This document shows positions 21,770 to 30,589 of a DNA stretch of 64,000 bases, piece by piece. Made by a program: the position numbers and the translations under genes. The DNA lies in IMG/VR virus record IMGVR_UViG_3300044980_000010, positions 1-64,000 of that record; one strand, given 5' to 3'. Every line of letters begins with the position of its first letter. Positions within the stretch are counted from its first letter, which is position 1. Under the pieces are notes generated by a model that was not told the origin of the DNA, did no database searches, and saw only the letters and a program-made list of their open reading frames with translations. The stretch comes from a virus.

Positions 21770-23401
21770 GTGAGTTTTGCTGATCTGATTGCGAAGAAGT
21801 CCGGCTCAGGGTCCGAGGAAGAATCGTACCCTGAAACTGGGCTACCGCAGCGATCTGGAAGTCTGGAAGCATTCATCCAGAAGTTCGGACACGTTACGGA
21901 GGAGTACAAGTTCTACGGCGGCGAGATCACTCTGCGGTTCAACGTAGATGAGCACCGCTACTATCGCGTGGAAACCCTTGGCAACCTGACCGCGCTTAAC
22001 GGTGTGACGAACACTGTTGGCATCATCGACAAGTCCCACATGCTGACTCCGTGGGCGGCGAAGATGGCGATCCAGAAGTTGCTACGCATCATGCCTACCG
22101 AGATGGATTCGGCAGGCGTGATCCGCATCAAGCCGCTGACGTTTGAAGAGTTCACCGTCATTGCGCTGGAAGCAAAGGGAGCACACAAAGAGAAGCTGGA
22201 TGAGGCAGGAGACATCGGTCACTTGGCGCACAAGTGCCTTGAAGACTCGATCAACTTTGCGATGCAGAACGATCCAGAAAAGATCGTTCGGCAACTCATC
22301 AACATCCCCACTGATGAACTGGCTGCGAACGCGGCGAGTGGTGGCTTCAACTGGATGTGCAAGCACAATGTACGCTGGAAGGAAACCGAATCGAAAATCT
22401 ACTCGCGGGAGTTTGAGTACGCGGGAACGATGGACGGTTTGGCGCTCTGTGACTCCTGCGATGATCGTGCGTGCTGCCCTGAAGTGTTCAAGGACAGACT
22501 GTCACTGATCGACTGGAAGTCATCGAACCATCTGAAGATTGAGTACCTGTTTCAAACTGCGAGCTACAAGCACGCGAAGATGGAAGAGTACCCGGACCTG
22601 CAAATCCTCGACACGTGGATTCTGCGTCTGGGAAAGAGCGACGAGGAAGCTGGAAAGTTTGAGCCATGGCACATGACGCCGGACGAGTACGAGGAAGACT
22701 TCCAAGGATTCTTGGCCTGTCTTCGACTCACTCGACTCGTGGACAGTGTTGAAGAACGCATGAAGAAGCAGAAGGGCACCATCCGCGCAGTGAAGAAAGA
22801 ACAGCGCGAAACTGCCAAGGCTCTTGCGAAGGAACAGGAGAAGTTGAAGAAGGCCCTCGACAAAGCTGCGAAGAAGGCTGAGGCCGAAGCGAACAAGAAG
22901 CGCATCAAAGAAGAGGCCAAGGTCCGGCGCGAAGAGTTGAAGGCTGCGAAGAAGGCTGGCATCAAGCCGGGAAGTGTGCGATACAAACCTAGCGATAGCG
23001 AGGAATGGATCGTGACGCAACCGGGGGAACCGCTGTTCTCTACGGCACAGTTTGCCGCAACACAGGTGCTGCTTGAGACTGGCTGGGAACCAATAGAGGG
23101 TAAAGTACAGGAGGAAGAATGTACGTCTACATCCCCGGAACCGATCTCTACCAATGGGGGAACGCCAACAGAGACACAACAGGATTCGCCGTTGGCTTCT
23201 ACGCTCCTAACGGAAACTTCAAACTCGAATCAAAGCACACCAGCGCCAGAGATGCCGCAGCCAGAGTTAACTACCTCAATGGCGGTAGTGGATACGCCAT
23301 CGGAACCCTCCCAATCACTAGCAACGGTGGGCACGGTGTTCGCACAGCAGATTTATGAAGGGGAGATAGCAGCACCTGTGTTTAAGCTGCCCATGGAATG
23401 A
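21770..23401 (+). CDS. PD-(D/E)xK exonuclease (lambda-exo/Cas4-like) with long C-terminal tail
   Basis: VTNTVGIIDK...G..AH...E......YAGTMD...LIDWKSS...Q.ASY. Confidence 0.8.
   Translation: MSFADLIAKKSGSGSEEESYPETGLPQRSGSLEAFIQKFGHVTEEYKFYGGEITLRFNVDEHRYYRVETLGNLTALNGVTNTVGIIDKSHMLTPWAAKMAIQKLLRIMPTEMDSAGVIRIKPLTFEEFTVIALEAKGAHKEKLDEAGDIGHLAHKCLEDSINFAMQNDPEKIVRQLINIPTDELAANAASGGFNWMCKHNVRWKETESKIYSREFEYAGTMDGLALCDSCDDRACCPEVFKDRLSLIDWKSSNHLKIEYLFQTASYKHAKMEEYPDLQILDTWILRLGKSDEEAGKFEPWHMTPDEYEEDFQGFLACLRLTRLVDSVEERMKKQKGTIRAVKKEQRETAKALAKEQEKLKKALDKAAKKAEAEANKKRIKEEAKVRREELKAAKKAGIKPGSVRYKPSDSEEWIVTQPGEPLFSTAQFAATQVLLETGWEPIEGKVQEEECTSTSPEPISTNGGTPTETQQDSPLASTLLTETSNSNQSTPAPEMPQPELTTSMAVVDTPSEPSQSLATVGTVFAQQIYEGEIAAPVFKLPME
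23119..23358 (+). CDS. Small phage protein nested out of frame in the exonuclease 3' end
   Basis: SD AGGAGG before ATG; VGFYAPNG...ES.H....AAARVNYLNGG motif that I recognise from stand-alone phage genes. Confidence 0.65.
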   Translation: MYVYIPGTDLYQWGNANRDTTGFAVGFYAPNGNFKLESKHTSARDAAARVNYLNGGSGYAIGTLPITSNGGHGVRTADL

Positions 23402-23871
23402 ACACTAAGCAGTGCAGTAAATGTAAGAAAAGCAGGCTGCTAAAGTTCTTCGCTAAGAGAACAGACAGGCCGTGCGGAGTACAATCGCGCTGCAAGAAGT
23501 GTTTCCGTGGATACAGCACTAAGTTAACAAAGCAGCGACAACAGAAAGGCAACAAAGAAGCATACCGAACTTATCACAGGCTTTACTACTACACACCCAA
23601 GGGACAAGCCAAAGCAAAACGCAGGCGCTTGAAGATGTATCACCTAACCCTTGAGCAGTGGGAAGCAAAGCTGAAAAAGCAGAAGTATAGGTGCGCCATT
23701 TGTAAATGCAGACTCAAGGTGCCCTACACCGATCACGACCACGCCACAGGTCAAACAAGAGACATACTCTGTGGTTTGTGCAACTGCCTTTTAGGCTTTG
23801 CAAAAGACAATCTACGCACGTTGAGGCGTGCTATACAATACCTCATAAAACACCGGAGAAAGCATGTCTGA
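23398..23871 (+). CDS. Endonuclease VII-like homing endonuclease
   Basis: Q.YRCAIC...DHDHATGQTRDILCGLCN..LG. Confidence 0.85.
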   Translation: MNTKQCSKCKKSRLLKFFAKRTDRPCGVQSRCKKCFRGYSTKLTKQRQQKGNKEAYRTYHRLYYYTPKGQAKAKRRRLKMYHLTLEQWEAKLKKQKYRCAICKCRLKVPYTDHDHATGQTRDILCGLCNCLLGFAKDNLRTLRRAIQYLIKHRRKHV

Positions 23872-24805
23872 AAATCCACTAGTAGTTGTAAACCGAGCGC
23901 CTATTGAACTGGTACAGGCCAAGAAGCAAAACGCTTTGGCAAAATTGTTCCAGTTGAAGCCGAAGACATTGGAGCTAGTCTCCAAGTCCACGCACCAAGA
24001 AGGGGCCGTACCGGGAACGTTCCGCGTCACCTCCACGAACGAGTCGTTCAAAGAGATGCGTGCCGTCATCCTGTTCGAGCCAGTCGAGCAGCGCGAGAAG
24101 TATCGCAAGGGCGAGTACACGAAGGACTCAAAGGAGTGCTTCTCCCTCGACAACGTGCAGCCTCACCCGAAGGCGAAGACGCCGTATGCGCTGTACTGCG
24201 ACCAGTGCCCCATGGGCGACATCAACTGGGTGAAGTACCGCGAAGCGAAGAACAAAGGCATCACCGGGGAAGCACTCTCCGCGTATCTGCCTCCTTGCCG
24301 CAAGTTCTGGCATCTGTTCATCGCGGCGCGTGAGACGCAGCGCCCGTACTACTTCAACGTGAAGGGCGGCAGCGTGAAGCCGTTTGAAGACGCCATGCAG
24401 AACGTGGCCGACCTGTTCCAGATGATCCTGCAAAACATCAAGGCAGAGAACAAAGCGCACGCTCTGAAGAACGAGCCGCTGATTCCTCTCCCTGAGAGCA
24501 TCGGAGACATCATCTGGCACATCAGCTTCACAATGTACGCATGGCAGCAGAACGGCGGCCAATTCAAGCTGGGCATGAAGGATTTCAAGGTGATGTCCGA
24601 AGAGGACCGCAAGGACTTCGGCAAAATCATCGAGGACATCAAAGCACGCCGCGAGGCTGGTCAACTCCAGACTCAGGAAGCCTCTGAAGCTGAAGAGGAA
24701 GCGGCAGCAGTGAGCGAACCAGCAGCCGGAGCCATTCCGGTCGCACAGGTGACCTCTGTTGTGACCGACGAGGTCGCACTGATGAACGCTCAGATTCAGA
24801 TTTAA
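23864..24805 (+). CDS. Probable ssDNA-binding/annealing protein
   Basis: Next to the exonuclease; CFSLD...CDQCP...C Zn site; acidic C-terminus. Confidence 0.5.
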   Translation: MSENPLVVVNRAPIELVQAKKQNALAKLFQLKPKTLELVSKSTHQEGAVPGTFRVTSTNESFKEMRAVILFEPVEQREKYRKGEYTKDSKECFSLDNVQPHPKAKTPYALYCDQCPMGDINWVKYREAKNKGITGEALSAYLPPCRKFWHLFIAARETQRPYYFNVKGGSVKPFEDAMQNVADLFQMILQNIKAENKAHALKNEPLIPLPESIGDIIWHISFTMYAWQQNGGQFKLGMKDFKVMSEEDRKDFGKIIEDIKARREAGQLQTQEASEAEEEAAAVSEPAAGAIPVAQVTSVVTDEVALMNAQIQI

Positions 24806-24876
24806 TGGCAAGCGATCCTGAGCGCGAGTACTCAGGATGGTGGAGGGAAGCCACTGTGGCCTCCCCCGGCGATCTA

Positions 24877-24966
24877 CTCAGGGTCGCCGCAGCATTACAG
24901 GTATAGCGGTATTACCGCCGTACGCACGGCGAGCGTGCCCTGTTGTAATGCTGCGAAGGCCCTGAG
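24877..24966 (+). ncRNA. Long-stem RNA element E with two inner hairpins
   Basis: 24877-85/24958-66 (9 bp) and 24888-99/24944-55 (12 bp perfect); inner GCGGT/ACCGC and GCACG/CGTGC. Confidence 0.65.
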
Positions 24967-25001
24967 CCTTGTACCAAACCCAATCCAAAGGAGAAACACA
25001 A

Positions 25002-25196
25002 ATGGCTACATCACGCACGGCTGACGGAAAGCACACGAAGCGGTTCATCGTTCTGAAGAAGAACTCGGATGATGTCAAGTTCGTTCGGTCCTTCTCGATC
25101 CCCGGCTTCTTCGAGACGCGAGAACTGGCGCAAGCCCAGATCGACAAGGTTTCACCGAACTGTCCGAACGTGCAGTTCAAAGTTCGCCAGAAGTAA
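25002..25196 (+). CDS. Small basic hypothetical protein
   Basis: SD AAGGAG; 64 aa. Confidence 0.6.
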   Translation: MATSRTADGKHTKRFIVLKKNSDDVKFVRSFSIPGFFETRELAQAQIDKVSPNCPNVQFKVRQK

Positions 25197-25622
25197 ATGA
25201 AGCGCGACGACCTGATCTACACAGCAGCACTGATCGACGGAGAAGGGTCAGTGCTGCTGCAACATTCCCGTGCAAGTGAACGACGCTCTCCGGCTGTGAC
25301 TGTACCAAGCACAACTTGGTGCTTCATGGTTTATCTGAAGAAGACTTTCGGTGGCGCAGTTTCATCGAAGCGAACGTACAAGAAGAACCACAGCAAGTCG
25401 TGGAACTGGTCTGTGCGATACAATGGAGCCATAGACCTATTGCGACGGGTACTGCCGTACTTGAAGCACCCTGAGAAGAAACGCAGGGCTAGACTTATAG
25501 TTGAGCATTTCAAAGCTGTGACGCCGCGCAACGGTCGGTACACAAAGATTCAGGCCAAGCGCAAAGCAGAGTTTGAGCGAGCCTTTCTTAGCCGCTCTAC
25601 AAGAACACACGTTAACAGGTAG
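25197..25622 (+). CDS. Free-standing single-motif LAGLIDADG homing endonuclease
   Basis: YTAALIDGEGSV motif, FGG, W.WSV, LPYL. Confidence 0.85.
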   Translation: MKRDDLIYTAALIDGEGSVLLQHSRASERRSPAVTVPSTTWCFMVYLKKTFGGAVSSKRTYKKNHSKSWNWSVRYNGAIDLLRRVLPYLKHPEKKRRARLIVEHFKAVTPRNGRYTKIQAKRKAEFERAFLSRSTRTHVNR

Positions 25623-25960
25623 TTGTAGCGTTGTCGGACTCGGCTTCGATGCCGACAGGTCCACCAAGAGCCACAAGGTTGCACCCCGTTGAAAGGCGAT
25701 CACTCAAGATCGTTACGAGGGTGGTCCCGGTTTTGTGGTTCTTGGTGGGCCTGAACTGGATTCGACGGCGACGGGCTAGGACTCACCTGCGTGTCGGATT
25801 CGCCTTGCCACGTTACGGAGAGGCAAACCAAAAATGCTAACGACGGAGTTATTGTCACTGCACCCAAGGCGAAAGCCATGGGCGCAGCCGCAGGCCGCTA
25901 ACCACGGGCTGTAGCTGTGAGTTTCACCCACACGAACCGGGGGCTGGTCCCCCGGACCTC
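25600..25960 (+). ncRNA. ssrA: Circularly permuted (two-piece) tmRNA: acceptor piece ~25600-25666, intervening hairpin 25667-25746, coding piece from 25747
   Basis: GGGCCTG(25747)/CAGGTCC-ACCA(25656-66) acceptor stem with G3-U70; CTGGATTCGAC 5' signature; GAC plus T-arm; tag ORF 25836-25901 ANDGVIVTAPKAKAMGAAAGR; outer boundaries approximate. Confidence 0.88.
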
Positions 25961-25998
25961 GTAGTGGTAGCAAGGAGAAGTAAGGCACCACACAACGT

Positions 25999-26164
25999 GG
26001 GGGCGTAGCTCAATGGCAGAGCGCCAAGGGGCACAACCGTGGATGAAGTAAGCAAACAGGCACGCCTGTTCTAGACAGGAAGCCGGGGATCAGAGCGATC
26101 CATAAAAGCTGAAGGCCACACCAGTTGTCCTTGGAGGTTGGAGGTTCGAGTCCTTCCGTCCCCT
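25999..26164 (+). ncRNA. tRNA-like RNA with ~100-nt structured insert replacing the anticodon loop
   Basis: Acceptor GGGGGCG/CGTCCCC, D arm GCTC-AATGGCA-GAGC, stem CCAAG/CTTGG, T arm GGAGG-TTCGAGT-CCTTC; no anticodon loop, no encoded CCA. Confidence 0.8.
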
Positions 26165-26620
26165 GCTTACTTACCAGAACGAGGCGTCAGCGCACGCCTA
26201 CCTTGCACACAGGAGATCACATGTTCTATCACGGGCACTTCACACACCCTGAGCTATGGATGATGTGGTTCTCATTCGTGGTTAGTTGCTTCACCACGGC
26301 AGCGGCAATCGCTGCGTTCGCATACCTAATCCTCAAGGAGAAAAAGAAATGAACAAACTGACCGGACTGAGCAAGTTGGCAAACGCCTACAATGACCAGA
26401 AAGCCCAACTGAACCTGATCCCACTCGCCACGGACGAAGAGGGACTTGCAAAGGTACAGGCCAAGGTTGACACCATGCAGACGCTGGCGTATGTGTTCGG
26501 CTACATCCGCCGCAGCCTTCGCATTGAAGACTTGGCACCAGCGGCAAAGCCGACGCCGGAAGAAGTGAAACCTGAAGGTCTCAACGGACCAATGCCGCGC
26601 TATTTCTAAGGAGAACCACT

Positions 26621-26983
26621 ATGGCAACAGCATATAATCACATGAAACCGTTCCAGCGCGTCAACTCGTTCGTTGCAGCTAAGATTTACGAGATTGAAAA
26701 AGAGATCGAACTGCTGGAGAGTGAACGCCGCATGTGGGGTGAGAAAGAAGTTCAGAGCCTGCTGGGTGTCATAGACACTTCGGCAGAGAACTTCAAATGC
26801 AACACGCGCCTCGGGGAGTTGCAAGTCAACGAACTACCGAAGTGGAAGGCGTTCCAAGCGAAGTTGATGCGCTGCCAAGGATGCAACGGCTGCGGAGAAT
26901 ACTACATTCACGAGTCGCAGGACAGTGGGCATTATGAGAAGTGCGTTCACTGTGGTGGTACTGGGAAGAACCCGAACCGATAG
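26621..26983 (+). CDS. Hypothetical protein with DnaJ-type Zn finger
   Basis: CQGCNGCG...CVHCGGTG. Confidence 0.6.
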   Translation: MATAYNHMKPFQRVNSFVAAKIYEIEKEIELLESERRMWGEKEVQSLLGVIDTSAENFKCNTRLGELQVNELPKWKAFQAKLMRCQGCNGCGEYYIHESQDSGHYEKCVHCGGTGKNPNR

Positions 26984-27117
26984 AGGAGCACCATGAAGAC
27001 GTGGATCAAGAACGTGAAGATGCGTAGGGCCGAGATTGCGATGCTGCACGTGGGCCTCAACAGTGGAGTATGGCACCCCATGGACGTGATCTTCGTGCTG
27101 ACATGGTGGGTGATCGG

Positions 27118-27873
27118 ATGAGTGAAATCATTAACCTCTCATCACCCCCTGCGATCTACGGGGAACAAGTCGCCGGACGCGCAGCGCGTGTTCGCAAGCA
27201 ACTCAAAGATTTGAGCGCGGACGTGAAGTCCTCAACGTTCGACATGGCCGACCTTCTATTCGAGGCACAGGAGAACAACTATCCCACAGCGTGGGGCTAC
27301 GCTTCTCTGCCTGATTACGCAGCCAAGGAGTTAGGGCTGAAGGAACGCAAGGCTCAGTACCTAGCACGCATCACGAAGGTCTGTCTGGCTGTGGGCCTGA
27401 AGCGTGTCGAATACGAACCTGCTGGGATCAGCAAGCTGCGGGAAATCTGCACACTGGACCCTGAGGGCACTTACTGGAACGCTGCCGAGCACGTTTCGGA
27501 GCCGCTGGACGAGCACATCGTGCGGCTGATCCTAGACTCAGACAAGATGAACGTGGATCAGGTGAAGCTGGAAGTAGCGAAGCTGAAGGGGCAAATCGGT
27601 AAGGACCGACGAGTGCTCCGCTCTTACTCAACAGACATCACGACTTGGACAAACGTCATCGACGTGGCAATCGAGCGAGCAAGAAAGTTTCTGGGCAGCA
27701 AAGGGCGCGACGACGGCGGCAATGCCAAGGAGTACTCGGAGGGAGAATGCTACGAGTGCATCTGTGCAGCCTTCAACGCGGACCCGAACTACGATGAAGA
27801 CCCCGGCGACAAACCGGAAGTTCCGACTGAGGAAACTCAGGCACCACCAACCCTACCAATGGAGATAATCTAA
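27118..27873 (+). CDS. Hypothetical helical protein (possible DNA binding)
   Basis: WGYASLPDY...ELGL..RKAQYL HTH-like segment. Confidence 0.55.
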   Translation: MSEIINLSSPPAIYGEQVAGRAARVRKQLKDLSADVKSSTFDMADLLFEAQENNYPTAWGYASLPDYAAKELGLKERKAQYLARITKVCLAVGLKRVEYEPAGISKLREICTLDPEGTYWNAAEHVSEPLDEHIVRLILDSDKMNVDQVKLEVAKLKGQIGKDRRVLRSYSTDITTWTNVIDVAIERARKFLGSKGRDDGGNAKEYSEGECYECICAAFNADPNYDEDPGDKPEVPTEETQAPPTLPMEII

Positions 27874-28430
27874 TGTCAGAAAAGCAGAGACTCAAGCACA
27901 TCGCTGATAACGAAGCAGAGCAGGCACTGCTGCTCAATGGCACAGACAAACCAGAGGCCGAACCAACTCCCGATGGTCTGGGCAAGTGGGAAGGCGGAAC
28001 GCAGGCCCTGAAGGGCAGCAACCGCTGGGTGTCGGAGAGGTCGCACGCGCAACGCACTGGCGACAGCAAGAATGCACCGAGTCTGGACTATGCGTCGAAG
28101 ATCACGCACCGTCAGGACGCAGACTTCAATGAGATTCACACTGACGCTGACGGGAACTTCTTCCTGTACAATGTCAAGACCGACAAGTGGGACATTCCCA
28201 CAGATGCACAGACGATCCCGTTCTACGAAGACGCTGAGGGTAAGACCTTCGCGTTTAACTACAAGACCGGGGCATGGGATGTTCCTGTGACAGTCGTGTA
28301 CGAAGGCGACGATGAGCCATACTTCGACGCGGCGGCAATCGAGCACAACACTGTGCAACAGGACGAAGGCGACACCATCGCTGCGGCGCTGACTGACACC
28401 GAGGTGGTGAGTGAATCAACGCCTGCCTGA
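27873..28430 (+). CDS. Acidic protein with internal duplicated beta-motif
   Basis: DADGNFFLYNVKTDKWDIP and DAEGKTFAFNYKTGAWDVP repeats. Confidence 0.55.
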   Translation: MSEKQRLKHIADNEAEQALLLNGTDKPEAEPTPDGLGKWEGGTQALKGSNRWVSERSHAQRTGDSKNAPSLDYASKITHRQDADFNEIHTDADGNFFLYNVKTDKWDIPTDAQTIPFYEDAEGKTFAFNYKTGAWDVPVTVVYEGDDEPYFDAAAIEHNTVQQDEGDTIAAALTDTEVVSESTPA

Positions 28431-28710
28431 GAAGGAATACGCGACCCTCTGCAAGTCGATCTTGCAGAGGGATCGGTACAAGTGTCGCTCGTGCGGACTG
28501 CGAAACAATCTGCACGTGCATCACATTGTATTTCGGTCGCAGCAAGGGCCGGACGAGGCGTGGAACCTGATCACCATCTGCAATGGCTGTCACGATGGCG
28601 TCCACAAAGATGTGAAGGATGGCGTCTACGGGTTGACCATTACCGTGACGTTCGTGCATGACACCACAGTGGTGACTATGATTCGCAGGCCGGGGTGGAA
28701 ACCATGTTGA
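28411..28710 (+). CDS. HNH endonuclease
   Basis: RDRYKCRSCG..LHVHHI..RSQ.G....NLITICNGCH..VH. Confidence 0.9.
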   Translation: MNQRLPEKEYATLCKSILQRDRYKCRSCGLRNNLHVHHIVFRSQQGPDEAWNLITICNGCHDGVHKDVKDGVYGLTITVTFVHDTTVVTMIRRPGWKPC

Positions 28711-29029
28711 TGTACAGACTGAAGCTGGTGTGGGCAGACAACACGGTGACGTTCTCTCAGTTCTGGGAGACACCAGAGTTCTTTCGAGTTCCAGTACGCC
28801 TGCCCATTCAGGGCACCGAGGCGATGGCGCTAGGCAAGTCGCAGTGGAAAGCTGTGATGTTCAAGCGCGAAGGTGAAACCCAAACGTACCACGAGGTTCC
28901 AAGTGAAAACAGTTGAGGTGTTCTTCAAGAAGACGTTCACACTGCGAGACGACCAGCCGGACAACGAACCAGTGAAGAACTGGACGCGAGACATGGGTCT
29001 GACCTACGTCTACCACAGGAGGATCGACA

Positions 29030-29629
29030 ATGAAAACGCTGCTGACATTTCTCTTGATGATCTTGTGCGTTACATCAGCGGAGGCGAAGCGTCACCATCA
29101 ATCGCGGCATGGATTAGCTCTGCTGCCTCCAAGCCGACAATCGCTTCTCTTGCAGAACCAGATGATCAATCAGATGGGGCTGGAGCGCATTGGAGATGAG
29201 CGCAGGCTCTCGCGTTTGGTAGAAGACGGGACACTCGTAGCCCTCCCCATAAACGACGCGGTGAAAATCGCGCCGAGTCTCCCGTCAAGCAGGCGCTATG
29301 TGCTTCCGATGGTGAACGACTTCCTCGTGAAGCTGGCGACTGATTCCGTAGCGGAGAATGATCTGCCCCTACAGGTCAACTCCGCTGTGCGGCCAGTGTC
29401 AGTGCAGAGATGGCTTCGCAGAGTGAACGCTAGCGCCGCACCAGTCCATGGCGAGATGGCGAGCAGTCACGAGGCAGGTTGCACAGTAGACCTTGAACGC
29501 ATCCGCATGTCGCGGCAGCAAAGGTTCTGGTTGCAGCTACGGCTGCTGAGGTATCAGGCACTGGGTTACATCCTCGTCGAAGAGGAGTCGCGGTGCTTCC
29601 ACATCATGGTTCTGAAGGAGATCGAATGA
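29030..29629 (+). CDS. Secreted DUF5715 / Zn-peptidase (M15-like) protein
   Basis: Signal peptide; VNSAVR...Q..LR..N.SA...SSH..G.TVD...EE...CFHIMV. Confidence 0.7.
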   Translation: MKTLLTFLLMILCVTSAEAKRHHQSRHGLALLPPSRQSLLLQNQMINQMGLERIGDERRLSRLVEDGTLVALPINDAVKIAPSLPSSRRYVLPMVNDFLVKLATDSVAENDLPLQVNSAVRPVSVQRWLRRVNASAAPVHGEMASSHEAGCTVDLERIRMSRQQRFWLQLRLLRYQALGYILVEEESRCFHIMVLKEIE

Positions 29630-30028
29630 AGATCGACATCTATCTGCACAGTGACAAAGACTCTGTGTACGACAAGGGACAGGCCGCTGGGCTTTCAGAA
29701 GAGGCTCTGAGGAAGTTCATGTACACGGGGTACGAAGTGAAGATGACGTACGACGTGAATGCCGAGACCGGAGATTCAAAGCTGATCGCCGTGGACGACA
29801 TCACGCTAGGAGCCAAGCGATGATGACCATTGCTGAAGCAAAGATGCGTGCCGCGCATGCCGACTGGATGCTGGCAAAGCAAGCGTGGGGCGAGGCCCTA
29901 GCAGCGATCAATGCTGCGAAGCTGGAGTGGGAGCAGGCGCAAAACGAGTTTTATGGAAGCAAGAATGCCATGAGCACCGCAGCAGGCTGCGGAGGCTGCA
30001 CTGGGTGCAGCACAGGGAAGGGATGCCA

Positions 30029-30589
30029 ATGAGCAGATTCGACGACGCCACAGCAGGCTGCAACGTGAACGCTCTGCCGTTAGACGTGATTTCCGAAGAG
30101 GAGATCGAGCGTGAGCGTGATGCGGAACGTGCAGATGTGATGCACATCACCTGCAAGGACACCGCAGAGGACAACCGCAAGTACGACTTCTGGACGATCC
30201 AGAGCAGCAACGCCTTCAAGCAGGCCAAAGAGGCTGGTGAATATGTAGTGCTGCCGGAGGACAACCAACTCCTGATCGACATCGACTCGCCGGAAGCTGA
30301 GGCGGTCTACAATAAGAACAAGCCGAAGTTCGAGATGCACATCGCCGGGATCGTCACAGAAGAGCGAAAGCCTTCTCGCAACGGCAACACGCACATCTAC
30401 GTCACGCTGGATCGAACCATCGACGCTGAACGCCGCGTGTTGTACCAAGCGTTACTCGGTTCAGATCAGACACGAGAACTGCTGAGTTTTGTACGCATAC
30501 TGAACGAGGACGCACACCCGACTCTCTTCATCGAGAAGCCGCTGCTCCTGCTAGGAGATGGCAATGCTGGACAACCTGACGAAGTGTAA
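30029..30589 (+). CDS. Hypothetical protein, possible primase-polymerase-like catalytic core
   Basis: LIDID and SRNGNTHIY motifs. Confidence 0.4.
   Translation: MSRFDDATAGCNVNALPLDVISEEEIERERDAERADVMHITCKDTAEDNRKYDFWTIQSSNAFKQAKEAGEYVVLPEDNQLLIDIDSPEAEAVYNKNKPKFEMHIAGIVTEERKPSRNGNTHIYVTLDRTIDAERRVLYQALLGSDQTRELLSFVRILNEDAHPTLFIEKPLLLLGDGNAGQPDEV

Noticed and set aside
25631-25991. ORFs 25631-25840 (+) and 25776-25991 (-)
   Set aside because: They overlap the tmRNA structure, which explains the sequence better
26029-26129. Classical tRNA intron or hammerhead ribozyme in the tRNA-like RNA
   Set aside because: No splice restores a canonical anticodon loop; CUGANGA/GAAA core not present in the right context
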